Shown here one piece after another: positions 39,357 through 49,479 of a DNA stretch of 64,000 bases. Position 1 is the first letter of the stretch; every line of letters starts with the position of its first letter. The DNA comes from a bacterium (GTDB lineage Bacteria > Zixibacteria > MSB-5A5 > CAIYYT01), in contig JADJGC010000008.1 in assembly GCA_016708315.1 (NCBI GenBank), positions 31,699 through 95,698 of the forward strand. The letters are read 5' to 3'. The translations under genes and the position numbers were made by a program. The notes under the pieces were generated by a model. The model saw nothing but the letters and a program-made list of their open reading frames with translations. It searched no databases and was not told where the DNA came from.

Positions 39357-39408
39357 ATCCCAGTGTCACTCATTCACGCTTAAATTATCGGCCATTTTTC
39401 CGCTGTTT

Positions 39409-41424
39409 TTAAGCAACATTTATTCCAATCGCCAGCTCCGTTTTGTGCGTGCTGACCTGGATTTCGCTTGTCCACTGCGAATATTGCTCGCGAGTCGGCA
39501 ACGGATGGTCGGGATCGTCGAGATGAGTCGCCTTGATGCCGCCGGGCAGACTGCGAATGAAATAGCTGGCGTAGCTGGCGGTGAGAAGTTTCGGGTCCAG
39601 CAGGACGAGAATACCTTTCTGGTTCTCTTCCCGGATGAGCCGCCCCCACCATTGTTTCCAGCGGCGGATCGTTTCCGGGAGCGTGTCGTCCCGGAACGGG
39701 TTGAGCTTTTTGCTTTTCAGATATTCCTGGCGCGCCTCGCGGTAGGGCGTTTGCTGGTCGAAGGGAATCTTGGTGATGATCAGCGCGCGGATGCGAATAT
39801 CCACTCCGGTGCCCATCGCGTGATTGCCCAATATGATGGACCGCGGATCACGATTGAATTTCTCCACGAGTGCCTCGGGACTGGTGTTTCGCTCCTGCGC
39901 GAGCAGCTGGTAGCCTTCGCGCCGGCACCAATCTTTCAGCAACAATTCCGTTTCCTGCAGTTGCTTGTAATTGGTGAAAAGCGCCATGACGCGACCGTCA
40001 GTGAGGTTTGCAATCCGTTCGATCTCTGCGCTTATCGCCGGCGGGTCGCTGATGCCTCTGTCGCGCGGCGGCAGGAACACGCGCATCTGCTTGCGGTAAT
40101 CGAAGGGCGACGGAAAATTTGCCGTGTGCCAGTCGGGAGCGCTGAAAGTCTTCTTCGTTTCCGGAATGGAAGTGCCGATCAGGGTCGCCGAAATGAGTGT
40201 GGTTTGCTGGAAATGGCTCCACAGGCCGGTCAGGACGTCGTGCAGATCGAATGGTTTGAGCTCGAGGTTGATCGCGGTTTGGCCATGGATTCCGGGTGTC
40301 CGGGTCAGGAGCATGACGTAGTTGGGGAGCTGATGTCCCAAGTATGAGCGAAGCGCGTTTTCGGAAAAACCCAGACGGCTTTCAACTTCCCGGTAGTCTT
40401 GAGCGGCTTCGTCGGTGGGCGCTTCTTTGCGCAGAAACGCCGCCATTGCCTTGATTTCCCGGATGGCGGATGCCACTTCCGTGCAGGCAAGGCCGCACGG
40501 ATCGTCAGGCTTGACGATTTGTTGTCCTTCCGGCCCCTCAGCAAGCGAGCGCCGGATGCGTTGCAATCGTTGGGATACGAGATCCAGGCGAGTTCGCAGG
40601 TGCGTTCGATCAAAAGTGTCGCGTCCCAGCATGTTCACCGCGCCCTCAAGCGCCCGCATTGAAACGTCGGCGCTCTCCACTTCCGTCATCCGGCTCAATA
40701 GGATGTGTGCCTCGTCGAGAACAAGAATGGGCTTGGGTTGTTCGGTCTCGCCGGGCACCGGTTTGCCGGTGTGCTTCAGGTTATAGCCGAGCAAATCCGT
40801 GTTCACCACCACGATCCGGGCTTGCTCGGCCAGCTTGCGAGCCTGTCGGCGGTAACAGCCGTGTGAAGATTTGCAGCAGTTTCCTTCCCCATTGATCTGA
40901 GCCCAGGCGGAGTCCGAGATTTTGATCGGCAATTCCTCGCGCCATCCGTGGGCCAGCTTTTCCAGGCGGTCGAAGTTGTCCAACAACTGGTGCAAGTCGG
41001 CTTCGCCCCTGTGCTGAGATCGGAGAGCGGCTCGTTTGAGCCGGTTCAGGCACAGATAATTGTTGGCGCCTTTGAGGATGGCGCTTTCCTTCAACTCGGG
41101 GAACTCCCCGGCGAAGCGCGCCATGTCACGCTCGATCTGGGCTTGCAGGTGTTTAGAGGCAACGGCGATCACAAAACGCTGCTTGGGCGTGCTTCGCAGA
41201 TACAGCGCGATCGGGATGAGATAGGCCAGTGTCTTGCCCGTTCCGGTCGGTGCCTCGATGAGCATGGATTTTTGCTCGTGGATGGCTTTGTTGAACGTCA
41301 AAGCCATTTCCGTCTGGCTCCAGCGAGCACGCCCGCCAAACCGCGTCACGATTGGACCGTCGGGACCGAAAAAACGTTCCAGTTCCGCAGCCGCCCCAAG
41401 GCAGGCTGGCATCTTCAACTTCAT
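39409..41424 (-). CDS. DinG/Rad3-family (DEAD_2) ATP-dependent DNA helicase
   Basis: EAPTGTGKTLAYLIP Walker A, VLDEAH box, Cys cluster CLNRL...CCKSSHGCYRR (Fe-S-like), helicase C-terminal block. Confidence 0.8.
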   Translation of the reverse strand: MKLKMPACLGAAAELERFFGPDGPIVTRFGGRARWSQTEMALTFNKAIHEQKSMLIEAPTGTGKTLAYLIPIALYLRSTPKQRFVIAVASKHLQAQIERDMARFAGEFPELKESAILKGANNYLCLNRLKRAALRSQHRGEADLHQLLDNFDRLEKLAHGWREELPIKISDSAWAQINGEGNCCKSSHGCYRRQARKLAEQARIVVVNTDLLGYNLKHTGKPVPGETEQPKPILVLDEAHILLSRMTEVESADVSMRALEGAVNMLGRDTFDRTHLRTRLDLVSQRLQRIRRSLAEGPEGQQIVKPDDPCGLACTEVASAIREIKAMAAFLRKEAPTDEAAQDYREVESRLGFSENALRSYLGHQLPNYVMLLTRTPGIHGQTAINLELKPFDLHDVLTGLWSHFQQTTLISATLIGTSIPETKKTFSAPDWHTANFPSPFDYRKQMRVFLPPRDRGISDPPAISAEIERIANLTDGRVMALFTNYKQLQETELLLKDWCRREGYQLLAQERNTSPEALVEKFNRDPRSIILGNHAMGTGVDIRIRALIITKIPFDQQTPYREARQEYLKSKKLNPFRDDTLPETIRRWKQWWGRLIREENQKGILVLLDPKLLTASYASYFIRSLPGGIKATHLDDPDHPLPTREQYSQWTSEIQVSTHKTELAIGINVA

Positions 41425-41581
41425 TCGTTTCCTTGTTGGGGTGCCGGCCGTGGGAGATTGGCATCACCCTCCAATTCCACGCGGCGTCAGCTGCGGCAAG
41501 GGCGTAACTGACTTCGGCGGCGCAGACGAGGTGCGGTCTTGGTTGGTCTCCGAAATCTCTCCAACAGCGGCCGGAACCTCC

Positions 41582-42025
41582 TCACTTTGGTTGGGATCTT
41601 TCAAAATGACTACTTGGACTCCACGGCCGCCGTTGCTGCTGGGTTCTGCCGACTGCGGTGCGGCTTGGGTTGCTACGAGAGGCGAAGGTGATTTGCCGGT
41701 CCACCAATGAGGGAGCAACGGGGCTGAGTTTGGATCGATCAAGCAGGTTCTGGAAAATTGTGTCGCGCAACAGTTCTTCGGCTTGTTCGAGTGAGAGATC
41801 GCGATGGGAGGCGATCACTTGCACAAGCTGCTCCATCGTCATCCCGCGGACTCGTTCCCTCAGAATCCTTTTCTCTAGACGCGAGAAACCATCTGGGCTG
41901 CTGATGCGCACGGTTTCCAGCAGGACGCCGCGCTCGGAGGGCGTTTGAGTCTGTTTGTAGAGTTCCAGTAGTTTCTCGACCTGATCCATTTTGGCATTCG
42001 CTTCGCGGTTCAGACGCGAAATCAA
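41582..42025 (-). CDS. hypothetical protein
   Basis: 147-aa ORF. Confidence 0.35.
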   Translation of the reverse strand: MISRLNREANAKMDQVEKLLELYKQTQTPSERGVLLETVRISSPDGFSRLEKRILRERVRGMTMEQLVQVIASHRDLSLEQAEELLRDTIFQNLLDRSKLSPVAPSLVDRQITFASRSNPSRTAVGRTQQQRRPWSPSSHFERSQPK

Positions 42026-42117
42026 TCAATCCGTCATCGGCCCATAACATTATAGGTGAAGCGGAGGCCAGGAGACGCCTTTCAAAGCGTTACAATGGAT
42101 TTAGACGATCATGCGTT

Positions 42118-42567
42118 TTGCGAACAGTTATGCTTGAGGTCGACACGTTTCCGGGGCACGTGCCGGGCTTGCCATCGCAGGCCGTGGCTGCCGGCGATTT
42201 GCTTCCGCCGCGTTTGGGGCGGATGAAAATGTCTTTTGATCGGCTCGCCGTCCGTTCGGCTGCCGAGCAACACATTCAATCGGCTCCCGGAGTTTATGCC
42301 CTCTGGGGCCGTATGAGTGATGGGGACGTCTTGGGGCTTCACCAGGTGCATGACACTTGGCGAATGACGCGGGTTCCTGTTCCTCCCGAAGCGGTCCGAT
42401 TGCTGGACCTGCCTGATGTCATGGAAGCGCGCAATGAATTGTTCTGGGTCGAGATCGCTCCGAACCAGGTTGAGATCCTCCGCAATGGCGAGCGTTTCCC
42501 ACTCTGGCAAGCAGAGTCGCCACTACCAGTGCGCGACTCAACGTCGCCGGATCTTTCGATGGGCTGA
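42118..42567 (+). CDS. hypothetical protein (convergent with the polymerase gene; stop codons abut)
   Basis: 149-aa ORF, GC3 about 68%. Confidence 0.35.
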   Translation: MRTVMLEVDTFPGHVPGLPSQAVAAGDLLPPRLGRMKMSFDRLAVRSAAEQHIQSAPGVYALWGRMSDGDVLGLHQVHDTWRMTRVPVPPEAVRLLDLPDVMEARNELFWVEIAPNQVEILRNGERFPLWQAESPLPVRDSTSPDLSMG

Positions 42568-45500
42568 TCACGGTTTCACTTTGTTCCAGCCATCCAGCCC
42601 CAAGTGTTTGAGCCCCGGGATTTCGATGTCCGGCTGATCGGGATGCGGAACGAATTCATTCACCTCCGGTCCGTTCCACTCGCAGGTAAACTTCATTTCG
42701 ACGCGCAATCTGGGCCGTTGGTTGGAGGGAATCTCCAGCATGATGCGCGGCAGCAACTCCTGCGCAAGACCCACGACCGACCAGTGCACGAGGTAGCGCA
42801 GGGAATCATGCAGGATGTCAATCAAGAGAATCGGCACGTTGGGATTGCGCTGGCGGAACTCGACCCAGTTGGCGCAGGCCTCCATGATGTAAATAGCCAC
42901 GCCGTGTTGAATCTGCCAGTTGGAAGCTTCACGGCGCATGTCCTTCAAGCCACGCAAGAGTTCGCTGTCCCAGCGGTTTTCCTGGCTGAGGATGGCGCGC
43001 ACCAGTGCGGGGTCGAGATAGCGGCGGCGAAATCCAGCGGGACTCACCTGGTAGCCATAGACGCCCTTGTGGGTGAAATAGGTGCGGCCGGTGGACCCGA
43101 CCTCCTGGGCTATCACCCGGTTCATCTGCGCTTCCAGATAGTCCCAGGCAACACGGTAAAGCTCCCGGTAGGCGTCCTTGATGTGCGACACGTTTTCCGC
43201 CGTGTGAATGACGGGTTGTTTGGCACGGACGGCCTCGCGATTCAGGCTGCGCGCCATCGCTTCATTTCCGCGTTGATAGGGGATGCCGAAGGTGAACGGT
43301 TTGGCTTCGTCGCGGGCGGTCTTGTGGTGCTTCTTGATTTCGGCATCACTCAATTGGCCCAGATGTTCCGGGTCCTTGGCGCGGGCCAGCGACGCATGCG
43401 GGTCGCGCTGCGGATCGTTCATGATCTCGGTCATGTTCGGATCGCCGGAAACCTGCGCCAAGCGCTGCACCTCCGCCGCAGCGTAGTCCAACTCCACCAT
43501 GAACCAGCCGCGCGGTGCCATTTCGAGCCCGCGAATCGAATGCGGCGGAGCTTCGCCGATTATTTTTGAGACATATTCCTCCTCGCCTTTCGGGATGGCG
43601 CTCACGTTGGGCGAAGTTCTGAGCCGATGCGTTTCCAGTGATCCCCAATAGGTGGTGAACAGAATGGACTTCTCCCGGTTGACCGCCATGGAAATCGCCT
43701 TCTGGCGTTTGCCCACGACTTTGGCGTCCTGCGCCTTCTTCCGATCCACCTCGCCCGCGCCGAACAACTCAAGCTGGTCGCGGTCGGCGTCACCTTCAGC
43801 TTCCAGGGCTTCGAGGAATTCTTTGACGCGACTCGTGCCCCAGGAACCGTCCTTGCGGCAGTAATTGTTGGCCAGCGTGGCGATCGAACGGCAGTCGTTC
43901 AGTTTTTCGCACAGAGGATCGGCAGTTGCCAGCATCTCCAGCGTCTCCTGGTTTGTGGAGGCGGTAAGGACCGGGTAATCGCGCTCGGGAATCTGCAAAG
44001 GAAACGGGCACTCACCACTGCCGAGCCGCTTTCTGGTCGCGGCATCGTTGAGGTCGAACACCGCGCTGCCGTGTTGTTGGTGGATCCAATCCAGCAGGGA
44101 TTGCACTTTCGTCTGGTCCGCGCGCTCCAATTTGACGCTCGACTTGAGCAGCGGCTCGGCCGTTGCCCTGAAAAGTATTTCACGGACGGCCCGCATCCAT
44201 TCACGGGCTGGCTTCTCGGTGGTGAACATCGGATACAAGCCGATGCCCTGGGGCGGTTGGTTGAACAGGATTTGACGCAGTTGCGCAGCCGAGGCCGGGT
44301 TCACTTCCGACGTGGTGACGCGGGTCTTGATGTACGCCACGGTATCGGCCAGCAGTATTTCGAGCCGGCTGTCGTACCACTCAATGTTTTCGGAGAGCCG
44401 TTTGAGACTGAACGGATGTCCCACCAGTTCCATCTCGATCAGCGCCCCCATCTGTTTGCGTTTCACCTCGAAGTAAGCGTGTTCCAGGGTCCAGCCCTTG
44501 GTGTAGGTTTCCGGCTCGCGGCGCTTGAGGTCTTCGTCCTGTTGTTTCATGTCCTCCAGCATCACCGGGACGAGTTCGAACGTGCGGCGACCGTCTTTGC
44601 AACCGTACGGCAGCCGAATCTCCGGCGGCACGAGCCCGTAACTGCCTTCTGTGATCCCGCGCGTTTCCCGGTAGCGGGCCACTTCGGCTTTATGGTCTTC
44701 TTTGCCGAGGTAAACTTTGATGAGATCGTCCAACCCCTGCGGCTGGCCTTCGTCGAGCACCTTCGCCAGATCGTAGGTGCAAATGTGCATACGGTCGCGC
44801 AGGTCCACGCCGAACAGGAGCATCTGCAGCACGTCCACCTTCAAAGCGTGCCCGACAATCTTGATCTCCGGCCGGCGCAGGTATTGTTTCAGAATCTCGG
44901 CCAGCTCTTTTTGGCTCCCTTGGAAAACCCAACGCACGTCATCGATGTAAGCGCGGAAAGTGTGGCCAGGCGGCGTCCATTGTTTGAACGCTTCCTCGCT
45001 TGGAAAAATGTAAACCGTGCCCTTGTCATCCGGCAGATCGTACGGATTGCGCAGCACCGGCTCGTGCCGGCCTTCACGGACGCGAATGTTGAGCGTCCGG
45101 CTGCGGGTGGCCAGGATGATGTCGAGAATCTGATAATCGGTGATGTCGTGCCCGACGAATTCGGTATCCAGCGAGAACACTTCCTCGCGATCATCCTGGA
45201 TTTCCTGCAGATGCTTTTGAAGTTCGTCCAGGCTGTCGAGGCAGTGGCTCGGTGGATCGGGCTTGGTGTCGTTGGTTTGGTTGAACCAGTTCTTGAGGGC
45301 ACCGCGCAGCGTCCGTTCCCAGGATTTGATCCACTCCGGGTTGCCCAGCAGACTGACTGGCTGCGTGGCGCAGATGAGATAGCTCTGATACTGATCGAGC
45401 GGGATAAGCTGGCCCTGCAACTCCGTGACGGTAGCGCCATCGAGATGTCCGGCCAGATGCGTCACCACGTTGGCGCCAAAACTGATGATGAGCTGGGGCT

Positions 45501-45996
45501 TGTGGTCCTGAATCAAGCGCTCGATGAACTGGAACCCGTACCGCTCCTGCCCGAGATTAACGCGGGTCTTGGGCGGGACATACCACGGCACCAGATTGGC
45601 GTGCATGCAACGACGCCAGTTCAGCCCGAGCTTCTGCAGGACGTGCGCGGTCAGCAGTGTGTAGGCTTCGCCGGTCATCACTCCGACAAACTCGCCGGGG
45701 TGCTTCTCCATTTTGCGCATTTCATGGAAGGAAGGATGGTGGGCGACCACCAGCACACGATTCCAGTCCGCCGGGCAATGGAACGGAAACCAGCATTCCT
45801 TTTGCTGGGTCGCGCGTTTGCCGGCCAGCGACCCTGTGAACTCTTGAAAGGGCGGACCGCCGTCGGTCAGTTGACGATATTGCCTTTCGGGAAACGGCGC
45901 CGGTTCCGCGACGAAGAGAGTCAGTTGGTCATCCGCTTTGGCGCGGCTTGCCAAAGCGGGGTTGCTGCCGTTGCAGTTGGACGCGCCATCATGCAC
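42568..45996 (-). CDS. polA: family-A DNA polymerase with 3'-5' exonuclease domain and N-terminal UDG-like domain (no 5'-3' exo domain)
   Basis: FSLDTEFVG (Exo I), LDYAAAEVQRLA (motif A), KTARDEAKPFTFGIPYQRG (motif B), ILLIDILHDSL (motif C); N-terminal ECWFPFHCP...VVAHHPSF reminiscent of family 4/5 UDG. Confidence 0.9.
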   Translation of the reverse strand: MHDGASNCNGSNPALASRAKADDQLTLFVAEPAPFPERQYRQLTDGGPPFQEFTGSLAGKRATQQKECWFPFHCPADWNRVLVVAHHPSFHEMRKMEKHPGEFVGVMTGEAYTLLTAHVLQKLGLNWRRCMHANLVPWYVPPKTRVNLGQERYGFQFIERLIQDHKPQLIISFGANVVTHLAGHLDGATVTELQGQLIPLDQYQSYLICATQPVSLLGNPEWIKSWERTLRGALKNWFNQTNDTKPDPPSHCLDSLDELQKHLQEIQDDREEVFSLDTEFVGHDITDYQILDIILATRSRTLNIRVREGRHEPVLRNPYDLPDDKGTVYIFPSEEAFKQWTPPGHTFRAYIDDVRWVFQGSQKELAEILKQYLRRPEIKIVGHALKVDVLQMLLFGVDLRDRMHICTYDLAKVLDEGQPQGLDDLIKVYLGKEDHKAEVARYRETRGITEGSYGLVPPEIRLPYGCKDGRRTFELVPVMLEDMKQQDEDLKRREPETYTKGWTLEHAYFEVKRKQMGALIEMELVGHPFSLKRLSENIEWYDSRLEILLADTVAYIKTRVTTSEVNPASAAQLRQILFNQPPQGIGLYPMFTTEKPAREWMRAVREILFRATAEPLLKSSVKLERADQTKVQSLLDWIHQQHGSAVFDLNDAATRKRLGSGECPFPLQIPERDYPVLTASTNQETLEMLATADPLCEKLNDCRSIATLANNYCRKDGSWGTSRVKEFLEALEAEGDADRDQLELFGAGEVDRKKAQDAKVVGKRQKAISMAVNREKSILFTTYWGSLETHRLRTSPNVSAIPKGEEEYVSKIIGEAPPHSIRGLEMAPRGWFMVELDYAAAEVQRLAQVSGDPNMTEIMNDPQRDPHASLARAKDPEHLGQLSDAEIKKHHKTARDEAKPFTFGIPYQRGNEAMARSLNREAVRAKQPVIHTAENVSHIKDAYRELYRVAWDYLEAQMNRVIAQEVGSTGRTYFTHKGVYGYQVSPAGFRRRYLDPALVRAILSQENRWDSELLRGLKDMRREASNWQIQHGVAIYIMEACANWVEFRQRNPNVPILLIDILHDSLRYLVHWSVVGLAQELLPRIMLEIPSNQRPRLRVEMKFTCEWNGPEVNEFVPHPDQPDIEIPGLKHLGLDGWNKVKP

Positions 45997-46011
45997 CGAA
46001 TTGTGTTTGGT

Positions 46012-46470
46012 TCAGAACTGGAGGTTCGACGACAGCAGATCGGCTTCCCTCCGGTTCTGGCGGAGACGGCACACGTTGGCCCGGATTTGCTCCAACTCTT
46101 CGGGCGAGAATGGTTGCTCCGGATTTTTGGCCGATTCGACTTCGCCGCGATAGACCGCCTCGATGATCAGGAAATGGGACTGCCGGCGTTTACCGGGGTG
46201 GTAGGACCGCGGCCGGAATACTTGCGTCAGCCAATGCTGGATGAAGCCGGGGGCGCGGCCGATTTTGATCAGAATGAGTGTCATCGTCAGCGCCACGAGC
46301 CACAGGGCGATGTGCCAAATCGGGATGTTGACAGGCATGAAACTGGAGATGCCCAGCGGACCGAGAAAACCGATGACCATGATCACGAACAGGTCGAACA
46401 CCTCCAGGTAATAGAGAAAGCGGATTGGCGCATTGATCTTGCGATTGTAGGGGATGATCCGGCAGTGCAT
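46012..46470 (-). CDS. small membrane protein (2 TM), possibly a T4SS component
   Basis: Two hydrophobic helices; directly downstream of the VirB4-like gene. Confidence 0.45.
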   Translation of the reverse strand: MHCRIIPYNRKINAPIRFLYYLEVFDLFVIMVIGFLGPLGISSFMPVNIPIWHIALWLVALTMTLILIKIGRAPGFIQHWLTQVFRPRSYHPGKRRQSHFLIIEAVYRGEVESAKNPEQPFSPEELEQIRANVCRLRQNRREADLLSSNLQF

Positions 46471-46505
46471 TTGGCGGCAGCGTGATTATCGGTTCGCGAT
46501 CCGGT

Positions 46506-47756
46506 TCAAGCTTTGACTCCTTTGGGGTAACGCTTGGCGAATTCGATGAGTGCATCGGTGAGCGTCAGGCCCGAGCCCACTAGCTTTTCGAACTCGAGTT
46601 TGTCAGCCGGCCGCGTAGTGGTGGTCGCATAAAGCAGGGGCGGCATTGTCAGTTCAAGAATCAAGCGCCGCGTCCCCTGCGTGCGCCGCTGGATCATGTA
46701 GCATTGGGAGAACTGTCCGGGTTCGGTCACGAGGCGCATCGCCAGCAGATCGCCTTCGTGCCCTTGAATGTAACGGACGGTTTCCTCAGCCACGTTGGTG
46801 GATAACTTGAACAGGAAAAACGTGCTGATCGAATCGCGAATGGCCTCGCTGTTTTTCAAGCTGCCCCATTCCGTAATGCCTTGCGAGATGAACATGAGGG
46901 CGATGCCGTATTTGCGGTACGTGCGCGCGGCCTCTTCAAGGAATTTCGCGCAGATGGGTGAGGACATCAGGTTCCAGCCTTCGTCGATGAAGAAGATTTT
47001 GTCCTGGGCGGCAAACTCGCGCGTCATGGTCTGGGCGAAGCGGATCGCGACCATCATCGTCACGGGACCGACGTCGCGGTCGTCTTTGCGCCGGGTGAAG
47101 TCGAACACGGTGAAGGGATTCCTCGCCGTCACCATGCTGGTTCCGTCAAAGAGATTTCCATAGCTGCCGCCTTTGCACCAAATGCGCAGCCGGTTGCCCA
47201 GCGACTTGGCGTTGGGTGAACTCTGGTTGGCGAGAATCTTTTGTACATCGCTCAATATGACTTCCTCGCCGCGCGCCACCTTGGCCTGATACGCCTGGCG
47301 GATGCACTCGGTGAGCAGCATCCGGTCTTCCTTGGGGAGTTGGTCCTGGTCGTTTTCGATCACCATGCGCTCGACGAGCAGCGCGTTTTGAATGATCTCC
47401 TCTTCGCCGGGAATGCTGCCGGGCGGCGCATAGAGGAAGTTCATCCGGTTGCGGTCGTTGTCCAAATCCATCGTGAGATAATTGCCGCCCAGGACGTGGC
47501 AGAGCTTGTAGTAAGAGCCGCCAATGTCGATGCCGACGCAGCGCGCGCCACCAGCCATTTTCTGCAAAAGAATCAGGTTGGTCGCTACGGATTTGCCCGA
47601 ACCCGATGACCCCGCGATCATCATATTGAAGTTGTTCAGATTAGTGAAGTCATGGGGCGCAAAATTGTACATTGTGCCATGTCTCGTATGGAATAGGCAC
47701 GAAGGTGGGGCTTCGGTTCCGTCGGGCAAATACAGTGCGGGCAGCAAGGTCGCCAA
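46506..47756 (-). CDS. VirB4/TrbE/TraC-family conjugative ATPase, C-terminal ATPase part; gene split by frameshift
   Basis: MMIAGSSGSGKS Walker A, IWCKGGSYGNLFDG, FFIDEGWNLM Walker B, RKYGIALMFISQ. Confidence 0.8.
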   Translation of the reverse strand: MATLLPALYLPDGTEAPPSCLFHTRHGTMYNFAPHDFTNLNNFNMMIAGSSGSGKSVATNLILLQKMAGGARCVGIDIGGSYYKLCHVLGGNYLTMDLDNDRNRMNFLYAPPGSIPGEEEIIQNALLVERMVIENDQDQLPKEDRMLLTECIRQAYQAKVARGEEVILSDVQKILANQSSPNAKSLGNRLRIWCKGGSYGNLFDGTSMVTARNPFTVFDFTRRKDDRDVGPVTMMVAIRFAQTMTREFAAQDKIFFIDEGWNLMSSPICAKFLEEAARTYRKYGIALMFISQGITEWGSLKNSEAIRDSISTFFLFKLSTNVAEETVRYIQGHEGDLLAMRLVTEPGQFSQCYMIQRRTQGTRRLILELTMPPLLYATTTTRPADKLEFEKLVGSGLTLTDALIEFAKRYPKGVKA

Positions 47757-49047
47757 CCTGGCTCGAAGAATAGGCGTGATCGCGGTAGCGATCCTTGTCG
47801 CTCAAGTATCCCGGGGTGGTCTTGAGAAAATACGGGGCAATCGGCGTGGTCTCGTGGATCCAGGTCATGCCCTCGTTCTGCTGCCCGAATTGGCGCTGTT
47901 CCAGCACCAGATTATTGAGCGCATCCAGGTCGGCGGCCCAGAGATGAATTGAGTGTGCGGCGGTCCAAGGGCGGTCCTTGCCCGTGGCTAGTTCGTCAAT
48001 TTCCGCTTCAATCTCTTCCAACGTTCGGCGCAGCTCGGGTTGTTTCTCCACGCGGCCCAGCACCTGAAGGCGCCGATTTTTGAGCCGGCGCAGCCGCCTG
48101 CCAATGTCGCTGCTGCGCGCCTCCACGCTGAATGCGCCAGAGACAAAACCCGGCGCCAGCATCTGCGGCAGCAACATGCCAAACTGCAACTGTGTGGGCG
48201 GCTCGTGAAGAAACAAAATCCGCCGGTAAAGGCCGTCCATTTGAATCCAACCCTGCCGCGGGTTCACTTCCATCTGGCCATGGACGAAATAGGATGTGGC
48301 CGGCTTCGGTTCAATCGGAGCGTAAGGCGGCGGCCGCACGCCTTGTGAGTACGACTTCGGGTTGTACCACCAGTAAAGCGTCTCGACGATGTCTTCGGAG
48401 GGCAGGAGTCTCGACTCGATGCCAGCGGCCTTCAGGATGGCCTGAGCCTGCTGCGCCTGTTTGGAGAGCAGGTTGACGGCGGTGTTCCACTCTTCCTCCG
48501 TCAGGTTCGCAGCCTCGGCCATCGAGAGTTCAAGGCTGTCGCGCAGGAAATGGGTCACGCGACTCAACCAGTTTTCCTTGGGACTCAATTTGCGATGCCG
48601 CTTGATGCGCTCGGAGAATTCCACGATCGGCTCGACGCCGACGAAGAGGTAGCAGGCGTACCGGCGCAACTGGTTGGTGGCGACTTTCTCCTGGTAGTGC
48701 TGGCCGATGTCCTGCTTGAACTGCGCCAGCAGGGGATTGCCTTTGGGCGTCGTCGACAAGTAGTCATCCAGCAATTTGCCGTATTGATTGTGGCAGATGG
48801 TGATGAACTGGAGCCGGGTTTCTGTGTCGCCCATCACGGCCAACTGGTTGAGCATGCTGCTGAAAGCGTTGTGCAGTTCATCCGCCTGCGCGCTCGAAAC
48901 AAAGAGGGTGTCCGGATACTGCACCCGCAACCCGACCGCCAACGACATGTCCTGAGCAACGATGACGTGGTTGTCTATCCAGGCGATGGGAATTTCTTCA
49001 TCGAGACAAACCCCGGAAAGACGGTTGATCCGCTCGTAATCCAGCAT
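47650..49047 (-). CDS. VirB4/TrbE-family ATPase, N-terminal part
   Basis: 465 aa with CagE/TrbE/VirB4 N-region character; overlaps the C-terminal part by 107 nt in another frame. Confidence 0.7.
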   Translation of the reverse strand: MLDYERINRLSGVCLDEEIPIAWIDNHVIVAQDMSLAVGLRVQYPDTLFVSSAQADELHNAFSSMLNQLAVMGDTETRLQFITICHNQYGKLLDDYLSTTPKGNPLLAQFKQDIGQHYQEKVATNQLRRYACYLFVGVEPIVEFSERIKRHRKLSPKENWLSRVTHFLRDSLELSMAEAANLTEEEWNTAVNLLSKQAQQAQAILKAAGIESRLLPSEDIVETLYWWYNPKSYSQGVRPPPYAPIEPKPATSYFVHGQMEVNPRQGWIQMDGLYRRILFLHEPPTQLQFGMLLPQMLAPGFVSGAFSVEARSSDIGRRLRRLKNRRLQVLGRVEKQPELRRTLEEIEAEIDELATGKDRPWTAAHSIHLWAADLDALNNLVLEQRQFGQQNEGMTWIHETTPIAPYFLKTTPGYLSDKDRYRDHAYSSSQVGDLAARTVFARRNRSPTFVPIPYETWHNVQFCAP

Positions 49048-49092
49048 GCCCCAGTATAAGGCCGTCCGTCTCGGCTTTCGCGAAGAGCCGAC

Positions 49093-49359
49093 TTATTGTT
49101 CGGAGACAAATCGCTTGAGCTTCGGGTCGTCCGTGGGATCGCCGGAAAAGACGGTCTCGCCGTCCACACTGACCGTGAAATGTCCCTGGTCGATGTTGAT
49201 GTAGGCCTCCTTGCCGTTGCTGTGCGCGTAATAGTAGTCCACGCCGCATCTCGTATCAGGCCCGTTCTGAGATTTCCAAGCCTTGGCGCGTGTGCCCGTG
49301 AGGACGGCCAAAAGCCCATTGAAATCATAGGTCACGACTTGGCAGGCGGGTTTATTCAT
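49093..49359 (-). CDS. hypothetical protein
   Basis: 88-aa ORF between the trbC remnant/terminator and virB4. Confidence 0.4.
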   Translation of the reverse strand: MNKPACQVVTYDFNGLLAVLTGTRAKAWKSQNGPDTRCGVDYYYAHSNGKEAYINIDQGHFTVSVDGETVFSGDPTDDPKLKRFVSEQ

Positions 49360-49424
49360 GCGCGTTCGTTTGGCGATTAACTCTTAGACCAGCGGCTGCA
49401 ATCGTAATCTCCTCCAACCTTTCG

Positions 49425-49453
49425 ACAACAAAAAAGCCCCGGCTGTCCGGGGC
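49425..49453 (-). terminator. rho-independent terminator downstream of the trbC 3' remnant
   Basis: Minus strand: gccccgg-acag-ccggggc followed by ttttttgttg. Confidence 0.5.
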
Positions 49454-49479
49454 TCTCGCAATTGCATCCTGCCGCGATC

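Noticed and set aside
44071-46485. 804-aa plus-strand ORF
   Set aside because: Antisense to the family-A polymerase gene; Arg/Gly/Leu-rich low-complexity translation typical of spurious ORFs in high-GC DNA
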